DNA of 64,000 bases, taken from Callorhinchus milii. Its lineage: Eukaryota. A program made the translations under genes and the position numbers. The notes beneath the pieces are model-generated. The model did not search any database, had not been told where the DNA came from, and worked only from the letters and a program-made list of their open reading frames with translations. This document shows, one piece after another, positions 24,911 to 38,215 of the stretch; position 1 is the first letter of the stretch, and every line of letters starts with the position of its first letter. The stretch spans positions 18,850,001 to 18,914,000 of the forward strand of contig NW_024704743.1 in the NCBI RefSeq assembly GCF_018977255.1, read 5' to 3'.

Positions 24911-25744
24911 CTACAGGTCATGCTTTGAGTTATTAGATTCATTGACCCCTTAATTGTATTTGTTGAGATCACTTGTCAATAAAGGAATACAAATATTGGC
25001 TATTTCATGCAGAAATGTATTAATGGAGGCCATGGGTTGCATAATTCTTATTTATTTAAGTTCTAATTGTTATAAATTTATAAACATCTGTATCATCTGA
25101 ATTATATGTTCAAAATTCCAAACAGCATCATCAGTAAAATGTTATTGTGGAAGTTTGAATTGCAATGTTAAAGATTGTCAAGAGGAGAGAATACTTTGTT
25201 CTTTAAAACCAATCTATTCCTGACTATTTACATGTTGTCTTGTGAAGCAGACTTGCTACCACGCTGCTGAGAGAGGTTGAAAGGTTTGCAGTTTCAAAAC
25301 TCCACTGAACATTATAAAGCAGATTATCTGGTGTGGTTTTAAACTGTTTCAGTTGTCAAGATGATGGCAATTATTTTATTACAATTGTCAGCTTGGTTCA
25401 GTTGGTAGCACTCTTGCCTCTGAGTCACACAGTTTTGAGTTCAAATGCTGACACTCTAATTCAGTGATAGGGGACTTGTGCATTGTTGGAGGTGCTGTCC
25501 TACAGATGAAACATTAAACTGAGGTCCTGTCCTGTTCAGGTGGATGTTAAACATCGCATAATAATAGTAATAATCCTTGCATTTGATATAGCACCTTTTC
25601 ATGTTGCCGTAGAGACATCTCAAAGCGCTTTCACAGGGTATACAGTAAAGTGGATTTGACTGAGGATTTTGTGGGTGAAACGGTACTACTTGAAAAAGAA
25701 GGGAGTTTCTCCTGGCTAATAATCTTCCAGATAAAATAGCAAAA

Positions 25745-26310
25745 CAATGAAATGACAAGGATGATAACAGGGCTGGCAGTTTACTGCTATCAAGATAGAC
25801 CAGATAGGTTAGACCATTTCTAGTAGAAGAGATGTTTAAGAAGGACCGAATAGCAGTGTTTAAAATTATAAAAGGATTTGATAAGGTTACCAGGTTACTA
25901 TAGATTGGCTGTTTCCACTGGCTGGTCTGCAAACATGGGACACAAGTATAAGATAGTGACAAGGGGATCCAAAAAAGAATTTAGGAGGGACAACTTCACG
26001 CAGAGGGTAGTGAGATTGTGGAACTTGCTGTCTAAAGCAGTGTTTGAATAGTATAGCTCCATTCAAGAGGAAGTTAGACCTTTTCATGAGGAAGAGACGA
26101 ATAGAAGTTAAGCAGTCTGGGATGCTACCCTGTGTGACGGGTGCTATATCAATGAAAGTTGCTGTTGTTCTTGTTGATGTTGTTATAGAAGGGTATGGAA
26201 GGGAGTAAAGGAGTGGGTGGAGACTTATGTGGAATATAAACACTGGCATAGACTGATTAGACCAAGTGGCCAATTTCCATGCTGTACATTATTTGTAATT
26301 CTTTGTAATT
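25745..26310 (+). mobile_element. CR1 3' fragment containing an L2-like tail insert at ~26115-26185
   Basis: gtgtttaaaattataaaaggatttgata, aacttcacgcagagggtagtgagattgtggaac, and a 3' end similar to 4100-4185. Confidence 0.85.
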
Positions 26311-26426
26311 AACAGTTGTTTCTGGGACATTGATACATGCCAATTGGCTGTCGCGTTGATGTTACTCTTCAAAATACACAGTCTCTACACTTTACAATAA
26401 ATCCAATGAAGTGCTTTGAGATCCCT

Positions 26427-28358
26427 GGAGCCCTGTAGCTTAGTGACTAGAGCACTTGCCTTGCAAACGAGAAGACCTGGGTTCAATTCCCAGCAGGGTG
26501 AAATGTTGGGCAAGTTTCCTAACTCCACACATGTCAGTTTACCTCGCAATAAGTAGGAACCCGGTTGTTAGTCTATTGGTGGACCCGGGGGAAATAATTC
26601 CTTCAAGTGAATAAAAATAATTTGGTCACTCAATCCAACAACAACAACAACTTGCACTTATATAACGCCCTCCACACAAGGTAGCATCTCAGAGCACTTA
26701 ACAGTGGCAGAGCCTGATTCCGAGCGGGGGTGGGGGTGTGTGGATGTACGGTTGGACGGTCAAAGAGGAAGATTTTCAGGGGAGAGAGGGGGCAGGTGGA
26801 GGGATTGAGGGAGAGTGTTCCAGAGTTTCAGGACATAGTGGCTTACAGCGGAGGGTGTGAGGGATGAGCGTGAGGCCGGTGCCAGTTGAGTGGAGGCGCC
26901 TGGTGGTGTAATGCGGAGTGAGGAGAGGTGGGGAGGTGCCAGAGAGTGAAGGGAGTTGAACACGAATGTGAGGATCTTGAAGTTGATCCGTTCTGTGATG
27001 GGGAGCCAGTGGAGCTTGGCCAGAACTGGTGAGACGGGGGTATTGAGTTTGGTCTGGGTCAGTATGCAGGCTGCAGAATTCTGAATGAGCTGGATTTTTT
27101 AAATAGTGGAGCTGGGTAGACTGTTGAGGAGTGTGTTTGAGTAATCCAGGCGGGAGGTGACAAACACACGCACGAGAGTTTCGGCTGCATTTGGGGTAAC
27201 GTACAGTCGGAGGCGGGCAATGTGGCGGAGGTGGAAGAAGACGGTCCTGGTCAGGGACCGGATGTGGGGTAGGAAAGACAGTTGGGTGTTGAACCAGATG
27301 CCTAGATTGCACACTGGTTTGGTGAGTCTGAGGGTGAGCCCAGGGAGGTTGTGGAGCACAGAACCGCAAGAGTGAAGACATTGACGGGAGCCAAGGAGTA
27401 TGGCTTCTGTCTTGTCCACATTTAGCTGCACTCATACAGACCCTGACGTCTGCCATAAAAGCAGATAGAACATCAGCACACCTGGAGTTGATACTACAGG
27501 AAGCAAATTAGATTTGTGTGTCATCCGCATTTATGTGGATGTTACCCCGCGTCTGTGGATGATATCGACATATAGATAAGGAAAAGAAGAGGGCCAAGGA
27601 TGGAGCCCTAGCGTACCCTGCAGATGACCAGGCGGGGACGGGAAGAGAAACCATTTGCCGAGATGAAATGGAGGCGGTTGATTAAGTAGGATACGAACCA
27701 TGCGAGTGCGGTCCCATTAAGGTGAATGAGCGAGGAAAGGCGGTGGAGGAGGATGGTGTGGTTGACTGTGACGAACGCGGCAGAGAGAACCAGGAGGACG
27801 AGGAGGCAGAGGGAGTCCTAGTCACAAATAGAGAGGACCTCGTTTGTGACTTCGACAAGCGCTCTCTGCAGGGGCTCGAGGTGGGAGTGGAGTTAGAGGT
27901 GAAATTGACATGCAACAAGGAGTTCCAAGACTTTGGCAAGGAAGGGTAGGTTGGAAATAAGATGGTAGTGTGAGAGATTAGAGGGATCAAGAGTGGGTTT
28001 TTTAGGAGGGTTGTGATAACAGCGGTTTTCAGGGGGAGTGGAACAGAGCCTGAGGAGAGAGACTGGTTGATTGTGTCGGCCAGCAGGGAGGAGAGGAGGG
28101 GGAGTTGAGTGACTAGCAGCTGGGTGGGGAGGGGGTCGAGGCAGCAGGTGGTGAACTTCATCCGGGTGATTGTGGTTGAGAGGGAGGAGGGAGAAATCAT
28201 CCATGACTGTTTGTGGGACACTGCTGTGTGCAGTTGGCTGCCCTGTTTCGCCCACAAAATATGCAGTCAATTCACTTTACAGTATATTCTGTGAAGCACT
28301 TTGAGACGTCTCGAAGACTTGATAAGGCGCTATATCAAATGCAGGGATTATTATTATA
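26427..28358 (+). mobile_element. Family-B SINE (long) split in two (26427-26637 and 28199-28358) by an L2 insertion
   Basis: The 5' half ends ...ggtcactcaatcca and the 3' half starts atccatgactgtttgtggg. Confidence 0.9.
26638..28198 (-). mobile_element. L2 LINE 3' fragment, 1.56 kb, with decayed RT
   Basis: Minus-strand peptides PLKTAVIT, ISNLPFLAKVLE, LNVDKTEAILLG and FVTSRLDYSN. (AAC)n tail at 26638. Confidence 0.93.
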
Positions 28359-28454
28359 TATTATCCTGATGTGAAAGCTTTGTATCAAATGCAAAGATTA
28401 TTATTAAAGTTAGTACACTGGCTCCTCATCAGAGAAATAAGGTAATATAATGAC

Positions 28455-28820
28455 CCCCGAAACAGCTATGAATCAAATGATCAATTTTATTTGGGGAATT
28501 ATTGGCCAGGACACTGGAAGAAACTCACTTATCTTTTCGTTTAGTGCCATGGGATCTTTAACGTCCACCTGAACAGGCGGACATCTTGGTTTAACATCTC
28601 ATCCGAAGGATAGCACCTCTGACATTGCAATACAACAACAACAAGATTACATTTGTATAGCGCCTTTCACGTCAGGAGACCCCCCCTCCCGACCCATACC
28701 CCATTACCACCTCCAGCACGCATTATGTGTCAGGCTAGACTGACAAGTCCCAATGTGTGCTTGAATGCACATACTTCTGACTCAGGCAAGAGTCCTACCA
28801 ACTGGGCCAGGCTGACACAG
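28455..28820 (-). mobile_element. Family-A SINE with an L2 tail inserted at ~28632-28680
   Basis: gtgccatgggatctttaacgtccacctgaacagg and a head ending ...ggctgac. Confidence 0.8.
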
Positions 28821-29781
28821 AAGAACTCCCTGTTCTTCATCAATATGCTGCTATAGGAATTTAGCATCCAATCAAATGACCACAAGGATTGACACAAAGA
28901 TTGCAGACTGTGTTTTCAAAGGAAAGCTGTGTGGTTTTTGCTGGTTGAACTCCAGCAGCAACTGTTTTGGCTGGTTAAACTCCAACAGCAAGCCAAAGTC
29001 CTAACGGGTAGGGTGGTTCTAGCTGGGCAAGCTTTGGGAAACTGTTTTTAGCTGTTTAAACTGCTTCGGCACTGGGAGGCCCTACTTACTTTCAGGTGGA
29101 TATTGAAGATCCAGTAACACCACAGGTATCCTGCCGAGCAATCCTCCAGATTAAACAGTCACTCGCCGCATAATTGTTTGTGAGTCCATGCTGACATAAT
29201 TGGCTGCATTGTTTGCCTACAACAACTTGCATTGATATAGTACCCTTGAAGCGAGAAAGCATCGGAGTGCTGAAACACTACACCTAAATGTAACTGTGTG
29301 TGCAGCACTTTGAAAGGTTTCAACATCTGCATGTTCTTTCGTTACAAAAGAACTTTTGTCTTAAATGCATTTCCCATTCTCTTATTAAATTGTTGAAGCT
29401 GCTCCTGGCCTGTTTCCATCATCTGGCAGTTCCTCCAATGATTTCCCCCGAACTGTGTAAATATAATGTTCCAACTTCAAACAATCGCCAGAAATAGATA
29501 AAAGTAAACAGAAGGATACCATAATTCCTTTTACTTGTTGATATTTGGTGAAGGGCACTGATGCGAGACTGGCTCTTTGGAAAGGTGAGACCAGAATAGT
29601 GTGATAAGAAAAATAGCAAGAGGGAGGGATACTCCAAGAAATTCAGTAGAGAGAAAAGTTGTTATGCAGTGAGAAGAGTATCTCAAGTACTGGGTGTTAG
29701 TTTACCTTTGAAGAACTTCAGTATGTTTTGCTCGTGATTACAGCATTTATACCTTTTAGTTTCCTCTCCTCCTCTCCTTCT

Positions 29782-30220
29782 GTCAGCTTGGCTCAGTTGG
29801 TAGCACTCCCACCTAGCAGTCAGATAAATGTGGTTCAAGTTCCTATCGAGATTAGGAACTCATATAGTCTATGCTGACACTTCAGTGCAGTAATGGAGAG
29901 TATTCTGCATCGTCAGAGATGCCATTCTTCAAATGGAACATTAAACCAAGGTCCTGTATGTCTCTCCAAGTAGACGTTAAAGATTCCACGGCAATATTCG
30001 AAACGAGAAGGGAGTTGCACCTGGCCAACAATTCCCCCAAATAATACTGGTTACTTATTCCATGGCTATTTGTAGGACATTGCTGTGTGCAAAATTCACT
30101 GTCGCATTTCTCTCATAATATGCACACAGTCACACCATTTTAAGTATATCCTGTGAAGCGCTTTGGGATATCTCGTTGACGTGACAAGGCCTCTCTATCA
30201 AGTTTAAGGATTGATGTTAT
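29782..30220 (+). mobile_element. Family-A SINE, full length (tRNA head + Deu domain + L2-like tail; SacSINE1/DeuSINE-like)
   Basis: A box tggctcagttgg, B box ggttcaagtt, Deu core cattaaaccaaggtcctgt...gacgttaaagat, tail tgtgaagcgctttggg...aaggcc..tatca. Confidence 0.88.
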
Positions 30221-30714
30221 TATATCTGACCCTTCAGCTGGAAATAAAATACCAAGGGTGCTGGGCTCCTCCAACCCCCTATACCTCACCCAATAGCAAT
30301 ATTTTTGTATGCGTCTGGACAACGAGCGGCCTATTTGATGTGGATGGTTTGTTACAACTGCAAATAAAGATAAATTTAGGGATGCTTAGACCTACTCTGG
30401 ATCTAAGATCTGAAGTCAAGATATTCCCCTTGTTTGGAATTCGTGCCAGTTGTGCCTCAACACTACAGAGTATTTAATGTTCCAACATAATTCTCCTGTT
30501 GCTGCAGGGGTAATAAATCTGGGTTGTCTCTTCAAAACCTGGCTTCAGCCAAACAGTTGGCTTTGTTTGGTTAAACAAATGAACAAGAAAATGATGAGTG
30601 AACAGATTTTCTTCTTAAAATATAAACTCTTAGAAAAAGAAGTTAATTAAATTCTGCTTCTCAGGTCTTATGCAACAGCAACTTGCATTTGTATAACACC
30701 GTCTTCTTCTGTAC

Positions 30715-31090
30715 CTGCTACTGATTGTGTGGATATCTGATAGCCGAGTAGGGCGAGGTTAGGCTCTGGTGTGCCACCATCTAAAACCGAGTGACCTGCT
30801 GATGTCTTTGAATTTGTTTTGCATTGCCTGAAAGGGTGGTGGAAGAAGATTCAATGGTAACTTTCAAAAGGGAATTGGATAGGTACTTGAAAAGGAAAAA
30901 AATTGCAGGGCTATGGGGTAGGAGCGGGGAAGTAGGACTAGTTGGGTCTTTCAAGAGCCAGCAAAGGCACGGTGGGCCCGAATGGCCTCCTTCTGTGCTG
31001 TAATATTCTATGGTTATCGTAGGGTAACCAGGCAATTGGTACATGTGGAACCGCACTCCTGCAGGAGGAGATCAGACATGGAGTAGAGAG
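30715..31090 (+). mobile_element. AmnSINE2-like relic interrupted by a CR1 3' end (~30820-31015)
   Basis: The CR1 part is clear (ggaattggataggtacttgaaaagg...gaatggcctccttctgtgctg...ttctatg). The flanks resemble 46910-47090 and the recalled AmnSINE2 consensus. Confidence 0.55.
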
Positions 31091-31316
31091 GAATATACAG
31101 CATTTATATAGTGCCCTTCACAGAGCTGAGCCTCTCAGAGCACTGAAATTGGTGTAGAGAATTCTAGATAAATAATGGAATAAATATCAAATTGGACAAA
31201 GAGAGTTCAAACCAGACTGAGAGTTCCACATACATATGCCACCTATGCAAAGGGCATTTCTCTATGGCTGGAATGGAATGAACACTTTCTCCCTTATCTA
31301 ATTGCTGAAAATATTA

Positions 31317-31630
31317 CTAATAATAATCGTTATATTTTGTATAGCGCCTTGCATATCTGGAGGATGTCCCGAAGCCTAGGATACACTGTAAAGTGCAGTG
31401 ACTGTATGTTTTGTGGGTAAATGCGGCAGCCAATTTGTGCACAGCAGTGTCCCACAAAGACCCATGAAGTGAATGACCAATTTTATTTGGGGGATTGTCG
31501 GCCAGGACACTGGGAGAAGCTTCCTTCTTTTTTGAACAGTGCCATGGGATCGTAAACCTGAACAGGCAGACCGGGTCTTGGTTTAAAGTTTCATCCGAAG
31601 GACGGCACCTCCAACAACACAGCACACTAC
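31317..31630 (-). mobile_element. Family-A SINE (5'-truncated)
   Basis: Well-preserved reverse complement of the Deu core and tail. Confidence 0.88.
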
Positions 31631-32304
31631 AGCACCGCTTGTAGGTTGTCATTAAGAGTACTGTTTGGCAAGCTTCATGATACTTGCCCAGATAGGATCA
31701 CCCTACCCACTAGCACTTTGGCTGCAGGTTAACAAGAGCTGAGTGGCAACCCTCCCTGTTCCCAGACTACCTCTCCATGTCATGCCAACAAGCAAGGCTG
31801 GCGGTCCTGTCATCAGCACTGTCTTGCTGTAAAGTTCTAGGGTTCTGTTTGGCTCAGGAACCGGGTACAGGGTTGACTCAGTTCTGATGTTCTGTTGTAA
31901 GCACGTCACCTTGGAGCCAATTCAGCCTTAGGTACACTTACCTCCCCTAAAGGAGGAAAGCCAGATCTTGCTAATTGACTGCTGAAAGTGCTCAACTGAT
32001 TCTGCCCATGTCGAGCAAGAATTACAGTCTGGTTTCCGAGACAACTTCTTGATGATCCCATTTAATTCTGAAGAGTGCATATATTTCTTCCTCAGAATTC
32101 CTTTTAACTGCCTGATATTTGAAACAAAACACTTAATTAAAGGATGTATCCAAGTGTAAAGAACATTAAGTAACATGGCACAGAAACAGGCAAAGTGCTA
32201 CTGTCCAAAGTCAAGCACATATTTTTCAACCCCAATGATGGATTTTACAAACCCAATAATGGCTTGTCATAGTTCTGCTCATACAAGAACCATTGCTATA
32301 TTTT

Positions 32305-32735
32305 CCTGGCTCAGTTGGTAGAACTATTGCCTCTGAGTCAAAATATTATGGGTTCAAACCATATAATCAGGACTTTGAACTCATGGACTAAGGTCATGTT
32401 TCAGTGCAGTGTTGGGGCTTTGCTGGATTATTGGGTGGTGTCATTCTTCAGAGGAGACATTAAACTGAGGTGCCACTTGCGTGTTCAAATGGACGTTATA
32501 GATCCAATGGCACTGTTGGAAAAAGAAAAGGGAGTTTCTCCTAGTTTCCTGCCACCAATCCCCCAGATAGAGCTGGTTATTCATTTCATGGCTGTTTGTG
32601 GGACATTGTTGTGTGCCACGTTCACCTACAAAATACACAGTCACTACAGTTACAGTAAAATCGTGTGAAGCTCTTTGAGACATCCTCCTGAAGTAAAAGG
32701 TGCTGTATCCAATGCAAGGATTATTATCGTTATTA
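32305..32735 (+). mobile_element. Family-A SINE, full length
   Basis: cctggctcagttggtag head, Deu core, aatgcaaggattatt tail. Confidence 0.88.
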
Positions 32736-33077
32736 CTATGTGACAAAGGCCACAATGCAGCTCAATTAGGAAATTTTAGGAAGGTTTAGCAAGACACTCG
32801 CACTATGTACAAATAAACATCCAGTCAACTTCAATCAAGGGAAAGAATGATCAGGGATATCTCACAATGATATTTGCAGACATACATTTTAACATACCTG
32901 CTACAGGAAATCTAATCAGCATATGCTGTTAAAGTGGAAACTAAGGGACAGCAACTAATTCTCTCTCCTCAGCAAGTTTCATTTGAGTTCCTTCATGTCA
33001 GCTTGGCTTTATTGGTAGCATTCTTGCCCCTAAGACAGAAGATTGTGGGTATAAGTCCTATATCAGCACTTGAGTTG

Positions 33078-33884
33078 GCCCTCCTGATTGGCTCGCGCCA
33101 TCGCCTCAGCACCTCAGGCTCTGGCAACATCAACCTCCATGGTTGCACACTACAACTCACCAAGCCAGTCAGGAACCTAGGTGTCTTCTTCGACCCTCAA
33201 CTGTCTTTTCTCCCCCACATTCAAGCCATGACCCGCTCTGCCTTCCCTCACCTCCGTAACATCGCCCGACTCCGCCACTACCTCACCCCTCAGGCCGCTG
33301 AAACTCTTGTTCATGCATTCATCACCTCTAGGCTCGACTATGCAAATGCCCTGCTTGTCGGCCTTCCCAACTCCTCCCTCCACAGGCTGCAGATAATCCA
33401 GAATTCTGAAGCCCATGTTCTCTCCCGCACCAAATTCCGTGACCCCATCTCCCCCATTCTTGCCCGACTCCATTGGCTCCCTATCCTTCAGAGGATCCAG
33501 TTCAAGATCCTGGTCCTCACTTACAAAGTCCTCCATGGCCTCGCCCCACCCTACCTCTGCGACCTCCTAACCCGCTACCAACCCGCCCGTTCCCTCCGCT
33601 CAGCCGGCTCTGGCCTGCTCCACATCCCCCGACCCACCCGCCCCACCATTGGCGGGAGAGCTTTCAGCCACTCTGCCCCCAACCTCTTGAATTCCATCCC
33701 CCAGTCACTCCACCTCGCCCCTCCTTAGCCTCCTTCAAGTCCCGCCTCAAGACCCTCCACTTCCCTCCCCTCCCTTCCCCCCCAACCCCAGCTCGGGTCT
33801 GAAATGCTATACGCTGTCCAGCGCCTTGGGACGTCCTCCCGACGTGAAAGGCGCTATACAAATGTAATCTTGTTGTTGTTGTTG
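33078..33884 (+). mobile_element. Young L2 3' fragment with an uninterrupted ORF2 C-terminus and complete tail, inserted into a family-A SINE (32997-33077, 33885-34050)
   Basis: VRNLGVFFDPQLSF...TSRLDYANALL...LHWLPILQRIQFKILVLTYK...GGRAFS, a 3' stem-loop and (GTT)n. Confidence 0.95.
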
Positions 33885-35221
33885 AGTTCATAGTTCATAG
33901 TCTAGGCTGACATTTCAGTGCAATTTTTGGAATCTTCAGAGGAGATGTTGAACTGAAATTCCATCAGTCTGTCCTCAGGTGGATGTTAAAGATCCTATGA
34001 CACTACTCGAGAAAAGACAGAAATGTTTCCCAGCGTTTTGATCAACAATCCTCCAGATGAATCAGCAATTAGTAACACTTGCAGTTTCAGGTCAGAAGGT
34101 TGAATGCTTGAGTCACCTCTCCGTAGCCTCGCCTCATCAAGGCTTAAACTGCTGATTTAGACTGTCGTTCCAATTTAGCTGAGGAAGTGTTCCATTGTTG
34201 GAAGTAATGTCTTTAGATGTGACATGAAACCAAGGACCTGTCTGCATGTTCTTTGGTTCGGATGGACAACAAAGATCCTGTGAGGATATTTTGAAAAAGG
34301 GTAGGAAGTTACATAGAGTGATGTGGCAAGGAAACAGACCATTTGACCAAACCCGTCTGTGCTGGTGTTTATTTGGTCATTTATTATTGCTGGTGTTGCT
34401 GGTTCAGATTAGCTGCGCCGTTTGAAGAATGGATGCAATCACCACACTTCAAAGTATAGCCTGAAGAAGGCCCTTCAATAATAATCTGCTTTATCAAATG
34501 AAAGTATCATTTTCAGATAAGAATTGAAATCAAACTTAGAAATTTGCTTAAAAGTAAAAATTCCATTTTTAAGTGTTGTACTTTGACATTTCTATTTTGA
34601 AATATCAATTCTTCAAAACATTTCCCCTTGAGCTGCTGAGGTCTTTCCTTCAGTGCTTCCTCGTAAACGACCAAAGCCATTTGTTTTTAGCGTATTTGAG
34701 GACCTGTCTCCTTTTATCAATCCTATTTGTTTCGTAATCTGTTTTCTCTCCCACACATCCTGCAACAGGATTCATAAATATTTGCTAATTGCAGTCAGAT
34801 TATATATTGTCAGTGTATAACTAGTTTTGTTTCCTGCATCCCATAGAATTATACATTATCACTATTTCCTGACTTCTTGGCAAAGGCATCAATTCCCATA
34901 TCCCAGATTGACTGATAAATTAATTTCCTGCACATACTGCAGTTAGATGGACATTATTCAGTGTATATTGATATGCACAGAAGTCCATTTCCTTCACAAA
35001 CCAGGTTCAAAGAAGAATCATTTACTAAGAAAGAATAGGATATAAAATGCAGATTGAGCGAATAGCCCATGGGCTAACCATGTTCAAATCCATAGAAATG
35101 CCCTTAATTTGCAATTAAGCATCAGTGAAAAAGATTACAGGTGATTCAGAATTTTTTTCCCTGGTTAATTTCATAATTAAGAAAACTTGTATATGTTTGA
35201 ACATGGTTAGCCATGGGCAAA

Positions 35222-35870
35222 TCACAACAATAACAACTTGCATTTATATAGGGCCCTTCACATAGGATAATGTCTTGGAGTGCTTCATTGTGGCAGGGTA
35301 GGATGTTGAGTAAGAGAGAAGGGAAGAGGACTTTTGGTACAGCCAAAGAGAGAGATTTTAAGGTGAGATTTAAAAACGTATAAAGAAGGGGCAAGGTGAA
35401 AGTTCCCGAGTTTAAAGGCACAGTGAGCGAATGCTCGGCCACTGATGGTGAGATGGAAAAGCTGGGACAAGTGCAGCAGGCCTATGTTATATGGGTAGAG
35501 GACAGGGGTATGAGCAGGTCAGAGGGAGAGAGATGTGCTCGGGAATCAAAGGATTTATATCTGAGGGACACGTTTCACAACAACTTGCAATTATAAAGAG
35601 CCCTCATGCGAGGAGCGTCTCAGAACGCTTAATGCTGGTGTGATTTGACACCGAGCAGCACAGGTACGGGAGGTGACTGGAGGCACAGTCGAAGAAAACA
35701 GTGTTTAGGAATCGTATGAAGAAAGGCAACCAGGGGATAAATTGGAGGGATTGAGGCAGGAAATTCCAGAGTTTGGGAGCATTGTGGATGAAAGCATGGC
35801 CGCCAATGGTGGAGCGGAGGAGATGAGGGATATGCAGAAGACACGAGTCAGCCGAGCAAAGGTGGCGGGT
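35222..35870 (-). mobile_element. Two adjacent decayed L2 3' ends (35222-35570 and 35577-35870)
   Basis: Two acaacttgca tails, each followed by the reverse complement of the L2 C-terminal region. Confidence 0.8.
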
Positions 35871-36449
35871 ACTTTCAAGTACCTGGAATTGAAATATTTT
35901 GATCTAAAAAAAATCAGTTATTGGGTATATAGCTATAAAAGAGAGCTGCAGGAGGCAGCTAAGATTTTTTTGACAGAGCTGTTTTTTCGTTTGCGCTGTG
36001 CGCATTGTTGCCTCAATCAGTCATCAAACTAATTCACAGTCTTCATTCATTGAATCAGATGTTTAATTTGAACCCTTGTCAGCTATCAGATATGAACTGC
36101 GATGAGTGTGAGAAATTTGTATCCATTTAGTGACAGTGCTTAATTACCTGACAAACCATAATGCAGTGGATTGAATTAACTAGGCTTGTAATGTAATTGC
36201 ATCTGCCACTTTCTTGCACACCTGCCTGTACAAATAAAACACCATGTTAATCCTAAACAGTGACGCAGTGCGAATAGAGCATCTGGAATATTCTACACCC
36301 ATCTGTATTATTTTTACCAGGAGAAGTGTTCAGATCTACCGTGCTGTCTACTTTAAAACCTTTATTTTTCTATCCTTAATTTCACCAGATATAGTTATTC
36401 ACTCAGTCATTACAGAAGCCCACCATTCATTCAGAAGCTATCTTTTTGT

Positions 36450-36872
36450 TATAACAATCCTCGCATTTGATACAGTGCCTTTCGTGTTGGGTGGCCATCT
36501 CAAAACGCTTCACAGGATTTATTGTGAAGTGTAGTGACTGCGTGTTTGTAGGCAAACACAGCAGCCAATTTGCACACAGCAATGTCCCACAAACAGATGG
36601 GAAGTGAATGAATAATTTTCTCTGGTGAATTACTGGCCAGGATACTCCCTTCTCTTTTCGAACAATATCATGTGATCCTTAACGTCCTCCTGAAGACAGC
36701 TTGGTTTAACATCTCATTTGATAGATGGTTTACCTTCCAACAATGCCCCACACTTTCAGGGTGGTATTAGAGTGTGATCTTAGATTGTCAGTTTAAAGAT
36801 CCGACGTGGGGGTTGAATACACAACCTTCTGAATCAATGGTGAGAGTGCTACCAACTCAGTCGAGTTGACAC
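36450..36872 (-). mobile_element. Family-A SINE, full length
   Basis: Tail, Deu core, and head gagtgctaccaact...ttgac. Confidence 0.85.
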
Positions 36873-37621
36873 ATTATCTTCTTAGAATGGATTTAAGATG
36901 AGTCAGAAATCCACTAATAATTTGATTATGTTTGCATTTTTATATGCAAAGAGAAACAAAACCTACATGTAGTACAAATTATAAGATTATTTCATAGTGG
37001 TTAGCGTGCGAGAGAACCTGGGTTCAATTTCCGAGCGGGGCAAAACCTTAGGCAAGTTTCCTTACTTCACACACTTCTGTTTACCTAGGAGTAAGTAGGA
37101 ACCCAATTGTTAGTCGATTGGCAGATCGCTGTTTGTGGAACACTGCTCCCTCGATTATAAACAAAGTGTAGTTGATTTAAACACACTGATTGATGACCTG
37201 GTGAAGATTTAAAATGTGTGCAGCACAGGACTAGCCACAGAACCATAAGCTAAAACAATCGGGACCCATTCATGAGAGCTCTTGGGAAATTTCCCTATAT
37301 CCAGTCTGCCCCTGTTGGAGCAACTCATTGACCGATATATTAAGTCGCAACTACGTCCAATGTGCATGAAGAGTTATGCAGGAGAATTGAGAAGTAGAAG
37401 CCCTCAGTAAAAGGATAAGAGTTTATCTTTTGTAGAGTATTTACAAGTATTTAACATTGGCAGTATTTACCATTTTCACTTCAGCTACAACTCCATATAA
37501 CCACCTGTCACTTTCTGAATTGCATTTGTCTTGTTTGATAGCTACCATGTTACCTGTAGCTATGAAAGTAAACATACAAATTTCTATGTCTCAATAAAAT
37601 ATAGATTGTATTATACAGTAT

Positions 37622-38030
37622 GTCAACCTGGTGCAATAGTAGCCTCTGAGCCAGAAGGTTGTGGGTTCAAGCCCCACGTTGGGATTTTGAATCACATAGT
37701 CTAAAATGACATTCCAGTGCAGTGCTGGTAGCGTTTGCATTGTTAAAATTGCCGTCCTTGGATGAGACATTAAACCAAGGTCCCATCTGCCTGTTCAGGT
37801 GGATGTTAAAGATTCCGTAGCACTAGTCAAAAAGAGAAGAGAGTTTCTCCCGGTGTTCTGGCCAACCACAAATAAAAATTGGCTGTTTGTGGGACATAGC
37901 TGTGCTGGCTGCCAAGTCTCCCAAAAAATATGCTGTCAGTCACTTTACAGTATATCCTGTGAAGTGCTTTCAGATGTCTTAACGATGTGATAAGGCACTA
38001 TATCAAATATAGGATTATTTTTATTATTAA
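37622..38030 (+). mobile_element. Family-A SINE, full length
   Basis: gcctctgagccagaaggttgtgggttcaagcccc head, Deu core, tail. Confidence 0.88.
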
Positions 38031-38215
38031 TATTAATACAAATTTAGATTTATATAGTGCTTTTCACATTGGGAAAGATCCCAAGGAGCTGAAGAGCCTA
38101 GGGTTTGAGGCGAGGGTGGGGGTGGAAAGATAACTGAAAGTGGAGTCAAAGAGGGGAGTTTTGAGGTGGAAGTTGAAGGAGACGAGGGAAGGAAGGAGCC
38201 TGACGAGCTGAAGGA

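Larger units (their letters stand above)
25387..28406 (+). mobile_element. Family-A SINE host of a nested cluster (pieces at 25387-25557, 25686-25745, 26311-26425, 28360-28406)
   Basis: The pieces are collinear with the intact family-A copies at 29782-30220 and 37622-38030. Confidence 0.75.

Noticed and set aside
32934..33728. 264-aa ORF as a host gene
   Set aside because: It is a fusion of unique DNA, a SINE head and the L2 ORF2 C-terminus, with no RT core and no ATG start.
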